64,000 bases of DNA from Octopus vulgaris (Eukaryota): the NCBI GenBank assembly GCA_951406725.2, contig OX597823.1, positions 60,760,001 through 60,824,000 of the forward strand, read 5' to 3'. Below are positions 1-12,612 of this stretch, piece after piece. The position numbers and the translations under genes are program-made. Below the pieces are notes generated by a model. The model was not told where the DNA came from. It saw nothing but the letters and a program-made list of their open reading frames with translations, and searched no databases. The first letter of the stretch is position 1, and the number at the start of each line of letters is the position of its first letter.

Positions 1-329
1 GGTAGAGATATATAGATAGGTAAATAGATACATAGTTAGATAAATAGGCAGGTTGATGTGAAGATAAATATATAAATGGATTGATAAATAGATAGATAGA
101 CACTTGATAGATATTCCATTGCAAGAGGGATCAGATTTTTCTCCTTTTTACGCAACAGCTTTGGTGGTAAATTTTGAAAATTTGAGTCTTTAAAAAAAGT
201 ACTAAGTAAATAAAAGCTAAAGATATTAAAGGTTATCGTGATATTTTGCCCTTCGTGGTTATATGTTAGATTCAAATCTCATAAAGGATTCGTGAAAGAA
301 TGTTAAGTACAAGACTAAGCGTGATAAAC

Positions 330-417
330 TCAGATTTGCTCACTGTAAATTACACAACATTTTTGGTGATGTCTGTGGTTGAAGAGGCAACTGCTACAAC
401 ACTGGCAAAGGCGGCTC
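330..417 (-). CDS. Candidate downstream/terminal coding exon, Cys-rich
   Basis: ttatttCAG acceptor after a 99-nt intron (418-516); phase matches the previous exon, giving (R)SRLCQCCSSCLFNHRHHQKCCVIYSEQI*. No homology recognised. Confidence 0.22.
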
Positions 418-516
418 CTGAAATAATTTAAGAATGCCACATTGAAAAAAATATTATGAGCTTAAGTTATAACATCACAAGTTCAAATTCTGGGAAAAAA
501 AAAAAGTGCTCATTAC

Positions 517-635
517 CTTTTTAAGGAAGGAATTGAAAAGAAAGTATTTTGGGCTTTCCTGAAGGCATCACCTTTATGAGACGATTTTGAACTGTGTGAA
601 CGTTGAAAGTCAGTCATTTGGTATTTTTTCAGAGC
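517..635 (-). CDS. Candidate internal coding exon of an unidentified gene
   Basis: Minus strand: ctaatttttaAG acceptor, 119 nt open frame ALKKYQMTDFQRSHSSKSSHKGDAFRKAQNTFFSIPSLK, then AAG|GTAATG donor (phase 2). No homology recognised. Confidence 0.22.
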
Positions 636-1126
636 CTTAAAAATTAGTCATTTAAAATTTTTCAATGAAAGCAAACAAAACCACACTAATTGCTGCCTGT
701 CAAGAATAGTGTATGTTACAGTGGTAATTAGATAGTTTGTAGTGTGAAGATTATTTCCACCTATTTATTATTCTATTCTTATAGACCCTTAGCCAGTATA
801 CCAATTCAGGATAATGTTTCTTGGTTACAGTTACATGAAGTTCATATTCATAAAAAATCATTTTTTACAATTAAATTTTATGACAATTATATATATATAT
901 ATACATACATACACATACAAAGTATGGAGGTTTAGTTCACAGGTGATCTAAACAATTAGGTACACTAGGTAAGTGCTGTAATGGATTACTGGGGCTCCAA
1001 GACAGTAGTTATGGAGCCATTGCAAATTTCTGAAGCAGCAGATATAAAATAGTTAAACAGGACATCAAACATTAAGGCAAGGCAAATATCTCGAGTCATG
1101 TACAATATTATAGGAACAAATTCAAA

Positions 1127-1165
1127 ATCTTACAGCTGTTTCTGGGATATTCTGTCATCAGAGAC
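1127..1165 (-). ncRNA. Minimal type I hammerhead ribozyme motif (Penelope-like/retrozyme type), stem II decayed
   Basis: Minus strand reads gtct-CTGATGA-cagaatatccca-GAAA-cagctg-TA-agat: intact core boxes, palindromic stem III, GUA triplet, stem I gtct/agat. Confidence 0.7.
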
Positions 1166-1217
1166 AAATAGAGGGAAAAGAATATGGTATATATCAATAA
1201 GATGTTGTCATCTTATT

Positions 1218-1252
<35 letters not shown>

Positions 1253-1584
1253 AACCTGGCATGGAAAAATAGACATATACTTGAGCAAATACACAGACAT
1301 GCATGCTAACAACTAATAGTTATTCTCATGGCATAGTGCTGATACCCCCTTACTGAACCTACTCCATCCTAACCCCTCTCTTCCTCTCTTTTTCTTACTA
1401 ACCCCCAACACACATGCTACTCTTTCTCTTGTGTTTTCCTCTAACACGTCTCTGTTATTCTCTCCCACTCACCTCAGTAAGTCCATCCCTTCAGTCATAT
1501 TGAATCTGTCTCTCAGCACCTCAAGTGTGAGTTACAAGTGGACATAACTTTTTATTAACTGATATAGGCTCTTCTGAACAAAGG

Positions 1585-1925
1585 TAATACTCAACATGGT
1601 CACCATCATGAGCAATGCACTTGCACCATTGTTAAGCTCAACTTTTGAGTCATCTTTGAAAAATTTCAGGTGTGTACTGTTGTACCCACTTCTTCAAAGC
1701 CACTCTTAGCTGTCTGTGTTGTTGAATCGTTGTCCCCAAAGACAGTCCTTCATTGGACTGAACAAATGGAAGTTAGAAGATAACAGATCCAGGTTGTATT
1801 GTGGATAAGGAGTCATTGATTGGCTCAATTTGCTGATTGCTGATTTGTTGCCAAAAATGTGTGGTTGCACATGATTATTGTCAATGTGGATTGTTTTCAG
1901 ATTTGTGTTTGATCTTTTCATTCAA
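1585..1925 (-). mobile_element. Decayed mariner transposase 3' fragment
   Basis: Translates to DNNHVQPH...PYPQYNLDLLSSNFHLFSPMKDCLWGQRF and later WCKCIAHDGDHVE, matching mariner HDNARPH...PHPPYSPDLAPSDFHLF...W.KC...G.YVE motifs. Confidence 0.8.
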
Positions 1926-2492
1926 ATCACTTCTTTTGAGTATCTCAATTCACTGCTTAATGTAGAAGGTGGGCAAGCTGGTAGAATCACTAGCATGCTG
2001 GGCAAAAATGCTTAATAGTGTTAAATAGTGTTACAGTTAAATGTTCTTGGTATAACCACTTTCCAGAAAATCAAGGAGTATGATGCTCTTGTCATCCCCC
2101 AAAACAGTCACCATGACTTTCTGTACCAATTACTGGCTATTGACCTTTTTACATTTTAGAGAAAAGATCTGATACCATTATATGGACTGAGTCTTTGTCT
2201 TAGGATGTTAAAGACACATCCACATTTCATCCTTTAGTGTTGGTGTCACAATAAGGTGTGCTGAGTATACTCTGTAACGTGGTTGACATTAGGAAGGAGG
2301 AAGGGCATCTAGTCATAGAAATTAAGCTAAAATGAAATTTGTGAGTGAGATATAGTTTTCACCTCACTTAAGAAAGCAACAAGGACCCTTCTAACCCATG
2401 CCGGTATGGAAAGCAGATGCAAAATGATGTTGATATGTATATATACATGTGTGTGATGAATAATATATATAGTGTGAGTATATGTAATTATG

Positions 2493-2680
2493 TGTGGCTG
2501 TGTGATAAGAATATTGTTTCCCAACCACATAGTTCCAGGTTCATTCCCACTGTGTGGCATCTTCGACAGGTATCTTCTACTATAGCCTTGGTTGACCAAA
2601 GCTTTGCCTGTGGATTTGGTTGACGGAAACTGAAGGAAGCCTCATGACTGCAGCTGCATGGCTGAAATGAGCAAAAGAGT
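2493..2680 (+). mobile_element. tRNA-headed CORE-like SINE (family A), internally deleted
   Basis: tggctgtgtg A-box region, ggttcattccc B-box region, ggatttggttgacggaaactgaag segment shared with the other copies. Confidence 0.8.
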
Positions 2681-3333
2681 ATATCTGTGTGTGTGTGTGT
2701 CTTTGTGTCTGTGTCTGTCCACTATCAATGCTTCCACTGTGCGAGATAGAAGTCAACAGAACAGTGGGGAAGAGAGAGAGATGCTAGGGTGATAGAATAA
2801 AAAAGAAATAAGGTGGAATCACCAAAATTTTGAATATATATACAATAATTAAGACAATAGGGTTGTGTGTGTTAGTATTATAAATGGAAGCAATAAAGTA
2901 CGTGAGATGTAAACATGTGTAACAGACAAAATGAACAAAAACATACCCCGCATCCACTGTCTGTCTTGGGATCATTGTGGTTTAAACACCTTGAACAGGA
3001 CTGTTAATGCAGTGGCATCAAAATCATCAGATATAGTTGACAGGGTTTGGATAGTGTGGTGATAAGATGCAAAGAGCACATATAGTTCAGTCTTAGCTAC
3101 TGGGACAATCTCTTATAATAGAAAAATACAGCAAAACAGACAGTAATGTATATGAGGTAATAGTTGAGAAAAAATGTTTGAACAGTGTTGCTTGAAGAAA
3201 TGAGAGGAATAGCTGAGTGATGTAGAAATTGGTGTTCCCCGTAGAGATGTGAAGTCACAATGAAAGCTTGATAGACCACAGTAGAAGTAGGAAGCAAAGT
3301 GGTTGGAGTTGTATGCTGGGAAATGGAGGGTTC

Positions 3334-3371
<38 letters not shown>

Positions 3372-3665
3372 ATGGGACATTCAGACCATCAAGCTCACTG
3401 ACCTCAGGGGTGTCTGAAAGGATCATGGAGTCTTCCCCTTTCTCCAGACACAGCAGATAGATAAAACATCCCCCACACATACCTATATATATATATATAT
3501 ACACATGCATGCATACATGCATACATACATATATATGTATGCACATGTGTGTATGTGTGTATGTATCATTATCATCATCATCATTTAATGTCTGTCTTCA
3601 TGCTGGTATGGGTTGGATGGTTTGGCAGGAACTGGTAGAAGACTACACCACATACAAAAACACAA

Positions 3666-3720
<55 letters not shown>

Positions 3721-4549
3721 TATAAACATAGATATACTTAATATACATAGTGTACATACATATACATGTATGTATGTACTCAAATAAACTCTTATCAGTA
3801 TACATGCTTATGTACATGCACACTCAACCACACACACACACTGCCATGTTTCTGGATAACAAACTTAACATAAACCTTTATTTACATGAATTCAAATATT
3901 TGTTGGTTTGGTTCATTAAGATAGTGCTACAAAGCCAATATTAAATCTAAAACAGTAATTGTTTCAAAAGTTTATAAAACAGAAGAACTTAAGGCTATCA
4001 TATAATCAATCTAACTCTTTTTTCTTTTTTTTTTGATACATGATGTAAACTTATTTACCTACATAATTCAAGCTGATAGTTAATTGAAACGCTGTCGTTT
4101 ATATTATTTTCTAAAATTTTATTGACATGTAAATAGGATCTTGTTTACACGAAACAAACATATTGGCTGTGATAAATAAAATTTCATAATGAAATATAAA
4201 TGTGAAATTAGGAGTAGAATTTTTCAAATATGTGTTAAATATGTGGGAATTATCTTTCTAATGAAGATGTAAGTTGTATTAGTTATATTAAGGTAAGAAG
4301 ACAATATATGAATAAACGTGCGTTAGTATCTATGTGTGTGTGTACTATCCATCCATTCACCCATCCATGCATGCGTTAATGTGTCTGAGTATCATATGAG
4401 TACATGTGTATGCATATATTTGTACATGTGTATGTGTATATACAAATACACATTATTTGGTTTGTCTCAGTTTCAGTTTCAATAAAGTAACTATCTATCT
4501 ATTTATATATAATACACTGTATGTATATAGAATATAATACATGTATACT

Positions 4550-5178
4550 GTGTCCCACTACATGGCACCTTGGGCAAGTGTCTTCTACTATAGCCTCAGG
4601 CTGACCAACACCCTGTGAGTAGATTTGGTAGATTGAAACTGAAAGAAGCTTGTCATATATATATAATAATATAAATGATATATATATATGCATACATGTA
4701 CATACTTACATATATGTGTATGTACACATGCATATATAGGTACAGGACAGCAAAAAATGTAAACAACATAAAAAACGAGAATATGAAATACAAAAACATG
4801 GAAAACAAACTTTTTTTGTGAACAACGAAAGAAACAAATAGAAAAATGAGACAGGCAACATAAAGAACAGCCCCTCCATCAGTTGTCCACTGTTTTATCT
4901 ACTTCGCATTTCCAGCATTATATATATATATGTATATATATGTGTGTGTATATATGCACACACACATATATGTATGTATGTGTATCTCTGTGTTTGTCAC
5001 TTGACTACCAGTATTTGTGTGTTTACGCCCCTGTCACTTAGCAGTTGGGCAAAAAGAGACCGATAGAATAAGTACTAGGCTTACACATAATAAATCCTGG
5101 GGTCAATTTGTTCGACTAAAGGCTGTGCTCCAGCATGGCTTCAGTCAAATGCCTGAAACAAGTAAAAGAATAAAAGAA
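4550..5178 (+). mobile_element. CORE-like SINE family A, split by an expanded internal microsatellite and an unrelated insert (about 4740-4918)
   Basis: 5' half caccttgggcaagtgtcttctactatagcc...gaaagaagc at 4550-4650; 3' half ending ccagcatggcttcagtcaaatgcctgaaacaagtaaaagaataaaag at 4985-5178. Confidence 0.85.
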
Positions 5179-5334
5179 TAGATATATATATATATATAAG
5201 CTACTGTAGTATGGATGTGTTTGGTTAAGAAGTTTGCTTCCCTGCTTTGTGGTTTTGGATTCAATCTCAGTGCATGGTACCCTCAGTAAGTATCTCCAAC
5301 TATAACATGTGTGTGTGTGTGTGTGTGTGTGTGC

Positions 5335-5369
<35 letters not shown>

Positions 5370-5599
5370 TATATATATATGCATGTGTATGTATATATTG
5401 CCACCATCCCATTTATATTCTGATCCCTGTCCCTTGTGAGTATGCCCGGCATTTTGCTGCTGTCTCTCACCTGCTGTCTCTTGCATTCTTGCTGTATCCC
5501 GCTCTCTCTCTCTCCCCTTTGCAGCTGCATGCCTGTTTCTATCCTCATTTCTGTCTCCTCTCTCTCTCTCTCTCCCCCTCTCTCCCTCCTTTCTCTCCC

Positions 5600-6090
5600 C
5601 ACTCTCTCTCTCCCTCTCTCTCCTCTGGCCAGGTAACCATGTACCTCCCCTACAGGAAGACACCTGTTTCTGTCTCTCTGTCTGACTATAACCTTTTATC
5701 ATCCGACACAAGATCCCTTTTTCTAATGCCCCTTCCCCTCTCAAAGGATCCTAGTCTTGCAAGTTACCTGGTGACCCTGCCAGTGCTGGTGTCACTTAAA
5801 AGCATCCAGTCCATTTTGTAAAGTGGGTGGCATTTGGAAGGGCATCCAACTGTAAAAAACGATCATGTCAAAACTGCTCTTGCCTGTGCTTGTACCACAT
5901 AAAAAGCACTTAGTCCACACTGTGGAGTGGTTGGTGTTAGGAAGGGCATCCAGCCATAAAAACCCTGCCAAAACAGACACAGAAGTCTGCTGCAGGCTCC
6001 TTCCTAGCCAGCTCCTGTCAATCCGTACAACACATGCCAGCATGGAAGCAAGATGTTAAACAACAATAATGATGATGGTGATGATGATAT
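5600..6090 (+). mobile_element. Retroposon 3' region with Meta-like domain and (GAT)n tail
   Basis: Pyrimidine-rich leader, two ggaagggcatcca motifs, tail catgccagcatggaagcaagatgttaaa...gatgatg; similar block at 56220-56662. Confidence 0.7.
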
Positions 6091-6260
6091 GTGTGTGCTT
6101 GTGTCTCCTTAATGATTTGTGATAGTTGTAAATGTCTCTGTCATACAAGTAGTATCATTCATTTCTTACATTCTGTCATATCATATGTGGCTGTGGGGAA
6201 ATATTACCTTATTTGCAATCAGGTGATGATTGGTGACGGGAAGGGCATCTGGCTGTAAGT

Positions 6261-6712
6261 GTGTATAAGCAATGTGCTTTAGAGGAAAAAACTGGGTGTA
6301 AGCGGAATCAGATGTTGCGTGCAGGGAAAACAACTATGCTGGTACAAACATTGAGGAATGTGGATGAGGTTGGCCATATAAAGAAGTGCCTATCACATAG
6401 TGTGGTTGGGGCTTGCGGAAGAGGGGAGACACAGGAAGACATGGTGAAGGCTGATAGCGAAACCTTGAACTTTACAGAATAGATGTCAAGGATCAGGGAT
6501 GATTTATGATATACAGTTCTTGAGGTGATCTGTCCACATAACATTCTAGTGGCACGAAAAAGGCACCTGATACCTGGTCTACAACCGTTATTATTAGGAA
6601 GGGCATCCAGCCATGGAAACAGTGTCAAAGCAGATATTGTAGCACAATGCAGTTCTTGGACTCAGCAGATCCTTTCAAATCATTTGGTTCATGCCAATAT
6701 GGAACATGTATA
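6261..6712 (+). mobile_element. RTE-clade LINE 3' fragment (ORF end plus putative 3' UTR)
   Basis: Frameshifted peptides KLGVSGIRCCVQGKQLCWYKH and IKKCLSHSVVGACGRG...VKAD..TLNFTE match the RTE C-terminus (RL.W.GH..R...G.R.RGRP.KTW...V..D); followed by gtggcacgaaaaaggcacc and aggaagggcatccagcc. Confidence 0.75.
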
Positions 6713-6717
6713 ATATA

Positions 6718-7074
6718 GGTGCAGGCATGGCTGTGTGGTAAGAAGTTCTGGGTTCAATCCTACTGTGTGGCACCTTGGGCAAGTGTCTTCTACTATAGCC
6801 TCAGGCTGACCAAAGTCTTGTGAGTGGATTTGGAAGACAAAAAACTGAGGGAAGCCTGCTGTATGTTTGTGCGTGTCTGTATGTGGTTGTGTGTTTGTCT
6901 CCCACTACCAACCAGTGGTGGTGTGTTTACATTGCTGTAACTTAGCAGTTTAGCAAAAGAGACTAATAGACTAATAAAAGTATCAGGCTACTGGGGTTTA
7001 TTAGTTTTGTCTAAAACTCTTCAATGCAGTGCTCCAGCCTGGCTGCAGTGTAGTAATTGTCACAAGTAAAAGAT
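6718..7074 (+). mobile_element. CORE-like SINE family A, near full length
   Basis: ggtgcaggcatggctgtgtggtaag head, gggttcaatcc B box, caccttgggcaagtg core, ccagcctggctgcag...aagtaaaag tail. Confidence 0.85.
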
Positions 7075-7104
7075 AATATATATATATAGTTTGTGGGTAT
7101 GATG

Positions 7105-7329
7105 AGGGAATCACCTTATACGGATTTGGCCAAACGAATGCACCCCAATATTTATTTTTAAAATTTGGTACCTATTCTCTTGATAATTTTTTTTTATGAA
7201 TTGCTAAGTCATGGTAACTGAAACAAACCCATGGCAGTTGTCAAGAAATGGTGAGGCAAAAACAGATACAAAGAGACCCGCACATGTATATGTGTGTTGT
7301 GTACATACATGTATATATGTGTGTTGTGT

Positions 7330-7416
<87 letters not shown>

Positions 7417-7512
7417 ATTAGTCAGTCCAGGGCTATTGTAGCCCTCATTTAGACTGAACCCGAAAGCATGTGATTTCAATGTGAGGTTTTTAAAGACAGA
7501 GCCGTGACTGCA
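7105..7512 (-). mobile_element. Old family A SINE with expanded internal (TA)n
   Basis: Reverse-complement motifs ggtacctattctc, gctaagt, gttgtcaag, gactgaacccgaaagcatgtg; microsatellite 7283-7411. Confidence 0.6.
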
Positions 7513-7570
7513 CACACACACACATGCACACATATATATATATATTTAACTCTCTCTCTCTCTCTCTCTT

Positions 7571-7613
<43 letters not shown>

Positions 7614-8079
7614 ACGTTACATACCTAAGTACATATACATATTAACTGCTATAATTTTCTCATGAAGAATCATGAATCTACAGACTTTGGTGTGGAGGTT
7701 CGTGACTACCATCATCTCAAGGCTTGGCATTTAAAGATGCAAATGCATGTGTGTGTGCAAGCACGCATATATGCATACACATGCATATATATTTCTGTAA
7801 TGAGTATTTGTATATGAATATACATGGTTGTATATATATATAGTCCAGCACATACCATCATGGGAAATGGATGTTAAATGATGATGAAGATATATATATA
7901 TATATATATGTATCCACACATATATATACATAAATGAAAAATTGTTATATAAGTATATACATATATATTTATATAAAATATGAAAATATATATTGAATAT
8001 ATTTATACGTAGGTTTGTAAGTGTGTGCATATATACACAAATTATGCACCCACATGTTGAAAAATAACATATATATATT

Positions 8080-8110
<31 letters not shown>

Positions 8111-8749
8111 ATATATATGTATGTATGTATATGTGTATATATATAAGTATACATATATATGTGTGTGTGTGTGTATGTATATGTGTGTGTGTGTATGTAT
8201 ATGTGTGTGTGTGTATATATATATATACACACACACATATACATACACACGCACACACACACACATATATATGTATACTTATATATATATACACATATAC
8301 ACCCACATATATACACATAAATGAATATATATATGCATGTATAACAGAGACACACTTATACATACAAACATATGTAGTATATACCCATTCATTAGATATT
8401 TCTACTCATATATTTGCATGTATATATTTGTTATATATAATAGTTCGGATGGTTTATGAATTTGGCTTTGTGACAACGAGATTCCAGGTTTGATTCCACA
8501 GCAGAATATTGAGGGTCAGCATTACTTTGAACTGCTATGAGTTTTACTGGTAACTTATTAGGTAAAATGTAACAAGGGAAATGTCATGAGAGCCCACCAA
8601 GTGGCTTGTGCTTAGTCAAAAGTCATAACCTTCATACACATCATCTGTTATTCAGTGTTTTGAATGAATGAGATCTACAATGACTACGAACAACACCACC
8701 ACCACTGCCATATTGATCACACACACTAGCACACACATTTATGAGTATC

Positions 8750-9010
8750 TAGGGTCAACAGCTCTTCAGTATCCTTCCCAAAAACCTGATAAACCTACAT
8801 GGAGTGGTTGAAGTTGTTTTCAGAACGACGCTGAATCTCTTCCTGTCAAGGGTTCTGGATGAACCTATATCATAACCAGAAATGCAGATAAGGGCAGCCA
8901 CACCAAACTCCCTCATTCAGTAAATGCCACATATCAGAGCAGATTCCAAGCAGGGAAAATGTAGCAAGGCAGTGCCCCAGCATGGTCACAGCTCTTCCTA
9001 GGTGACTTGT
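8750..9010 (+). mobile_element. CR1-like LINE 3' end
   Basis: Frame from 8753: GQQLFSILPKNLINLHGVVEVVFRTTLNLFLSRVLDEPIS*PEMQIRAATPNSLIQ*, matching the CR1-group ORF2 C-terminal pattern G..LFN.LP.....FK..LD.FL..VPD.P; 3' UTR contains aaggcagtgccccagcatggtcacag. Confidence 0.7.
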
Positions 9011-9014
9011 TAAT

Positions 9015-9112
9015 GATACATATATAATATATATGAATATATTATATATATGTGTGTGTGTGTGTGTATATATATATAGATATAGATATCTGTCTATATC
9101 TATCTATATATA

Positions 9113-9145
<33 letters not shown>

Positions 9146-9509
9146 GTGTATATATATATATACATACATGTATATATGTATGCATATATATGTATTTATA
9201 TATATATATGTATATATATGCACATGTATATATATGTACATGTATATATATATGCACATGTATATATATGTACATGTATATATATATGTACATGTATATA
9301 TATATGCACATGTATATATATATGCACATGTATATATATGTACATGTATATATATATGCACATGTATATATATGTACATGTATATATATATGTATATGCA
9401 CATGTATGTATATGTACATGTATATATATGTACATGTATATATATATATATATATAGGTATATGTATATACCTTTACATATATCTATATGTACATGTATA
9501 TATATGTAC

Positions 9510-9567
<58 letters not shown>

Positions 9568-9843
9568 ATGCTTATGTACACATGAATAACATGAAAATAC
9601 ATGTACAAATATATTTGTGCATATATGTATACATACACAAATATATTTCTACATACGAGCATATATGTGTATACATATGTATATAATCTATACATATATA
9701 TAAACATATTTATATATATGTATATATACACCTTATATCTACTTTATGTATACATACAGGTGTGTGTGTGTGTATTGTAAATATCTACATGCAAACCAGT
9801 TATATCCTTATAGTTATGTACATTTTCTAGACGTATATGTATA

Positions 9844-9889
<46 letters not shown>

Positions 9890-10517
9890 AAATTCACAGT
9901 ATGCATGTGTGTATGTGTATTTATATATATATGAATATATATATGTATATATTATAGTATATCTATATAAACATTTACATACATATATATGTTTATCATA
10001 TAATAAATATTTATGTATATGAAAAAATACAGTATATCTAATATATGTGAAAGACCCTTTCTATTCTTTTCAACGTGATTGCTCTCTCTCACTCTCTCTG
10101 TCTCTGTATGTATGACTGTTTGTCTGTCTCTATATATCTGTATGTATGTATATATATATGTGTGTAAACATATATAATATATATATATATATATATATGT
10201 ATAGGTATATGTATATATGTATATATATATGTATGTGTATGTATGTATGTATATATATTTATATGTATGTATGTGTATGTATGTATATATGTATGTATAT
10301 GTATATATGTATATATAAATGTATGTACATATATATGTATATATGTGTATGTTTATATATGTATATATGTTTATGTATATATGTGTATGTATATATATGT
10401 ATATGTGTATGTAAATGTATGTATGTAAATCTATATATTTATATATTATGTATACACATATCTGTATATATGTATGTATATATATATATATGTACAAATG
10501 TGTGTATAAAGTAAGGC

Positions 10518-10548
<31 letters not shown>

Positions 10549-10713
10549 TATATGTTTATATATATTTATATATAATATACACTCTATATATATGCATTTT
10601 AAATACAGTACATATATATCTGATTATATAAGCATAAAATACAGTGTATATGCACTTATACATATATACACATGCATATATATACATGTATATATATAGT
10701 GCAAATATGTGTG

Positions 10714-10744
<31 letters not shown>

Positions 10745-10917
10745 CTACATATACATACATATTTATATATACATATATATATGTATATATATATACGCAT
10801 ATATCTACATATACATACATATTTATATAAATATATATATATACGCATATATCTACATATACATACGTATATATATATATATATATATATATCTACATAT
10901 ACATACATATTGATATA

Positions 10918-10961
<44 letters not shown>

Positions 10962-10980
10962 CATGCATATACATATATTT
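9015..10980. repeat. Compound (TA)n/(TATG)n microsatellite field with higher-order units
   Basis: Units tatgcacatgta/tatgtacatgta (about 9215-9520) and atatctacatatacatac (about 10735-10910). Confidence 0.95.
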
Positions 10981-11954
10981 TCAAAAGTGAGCTCTAAAAA
11001 GTATTTTACATTTTCCTGACTCTTGTACAGTTTTCTAATAAAGTATTTTCTAAAAATTTTTTTTTGTTTGTGTTTGCTTTTGAAATTGAACATAGAAATC
11101 ATGCAACAGGTATCTCAGTTTCAATATGAGTTAACTACTCACTGTCACGTATATGTATTTAAAAGTCATCTCCTTACTCTTCGTACCTACTCGCATTAAT
11201 ACTAAAATTCTTGTATTTGGCCCCCCCCCCCGCCGCTTCCCCCAAAGAATTAATCATTGTTTCATTAGGTATAATTAAACATAAAAATGTGAAGTTTATA
11301 CATGTGTCTGTGTAAAAGAGTTTTATCTAACGTGCATATTCATTCATGCACATTTATTCAAATTCTTACATGCACGTATATGCACATTCTCTCTCTTTCT
11401 CTCTCTCTTTTACACACACACGTGCATATAGGGGCTCACATATTGTTCTGTATTTAAAAATGTTTAAAAGAAAAAGTTAAGCTGTTTTGTTCTTGTTTGG
11501 AAAAAAATAATTTTTAACATGAATTTCAGTAATGAGTTCATCTTAATTACATAGATTCCTTAGATGCTTTGTTATATTTTAAGAAAAAATGATATTTTTT
11601 TTACTCATATTAAAGGGAAAAACTTTTGGAAAGTTCTTTTCTCTATTTTATTCAAGAAAAAAAAAATTATTTTCTATTTGAATCTTTTAGGATCCATCGT
11701 GAAACTTTGTTGAAATGTAATAGGGTTGTGTGTGGTGATGCATGTGTATGTGTACATATATTATTCGTTTACAATTAAGCCACCATCGCAGTGTTGTTCT
11801 GATGATGGCCTGGTTGACAAAAGCTTCGAAGTTACTGTCAGTATTAATTTTGTTAAAGCATAATAAATTTGTACTCTACAAAAGTATTAAATAATCCTTC
11901 ATTTGAAATAAATCGTTTTTATTATAACTTAACATAAAGAAACATTAATAAAAT

Positions 11955-11980
11955 AAATGTATATATATACATATATAAAA

Positions 11981-12035
<55 letters not shown>

Positions 12036-12111
12036 CATCTATATATATATATATATATATACATATATAAACATCTATATATATATATATATATATATAC
12101 ATATGTAAACA

Positions 12112-12146
<35 letters not shown>

Positions 12147-12147
12147 A

Positions 12148-12187
<40 letters not shown>

Positions 12188-12269
12188 TACTTACATACTT
12201 ATGTGTATATATATATATATATATACTTACATACTTATGTGTATGTATATATATATACTTACACACTTA

Positions 12270-12311
<42 letters not shown>

Positions 12312-12343
12312 CTTATGTATATATATATATATACTTACATACT

Positions 12344-12377
<34 letters not shown>

Positions 12378-12419
12378 CTAATATGTATATATATATATAT
12401 ACTTACATACTTGTGTGTG

Positions 12420-12451
<32 letters not shown>

Positions 12452-12461
12452 CTTACATACT

Positions 12462-12504
<43 letters not shown>

Positions 12505-12524
12505 ATATACATACTTATGTATAT

Positions 12525-12574
<50 letters not shown>

Positions 12575-12612
12575 ATATATATATACATATACACATCCAC
12601 ACATACATATAT
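11955..12612. repeat. (TA)n field with acatct- and atacttacatacttatgtg-punctuated units
   Basis: Direct inspection of repeated punctuation motifs between (TA)n runs. Confidence 0.95.

Noticed and set aside
2940-3460. Possible LINE endonuclease relic (similarly 31590-31940), plus an RTE-like relic at 37990-38330 and a mariner-like end at 47545-47796
   Set aside because: Only faint motif resemblance by eye; these need a profile search before calling.
4740-4918. Insert with ctgatgg and gaaa motifs on the minus strand
   Set aside because: Motif order and pairing do not give a hammerhead fold; left as an unclassified repeat.
5283-5821. 153-170 aa RE-rich and SL-rich ORFs
   Set aside because: Derived from (CT)n, (TG)n and a pyrimidine-rich retroposon segment.
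7655-7712. Hairpin after atgaaga resembling a hammerhead stem II
   Set aside because: No GAAA box or stem III follows.
11691-11716. Possible 26-nt exon after tcttttAG
   Set aside because: Weak donor (gtaata) and no convincing phase link to the other candidate exons.
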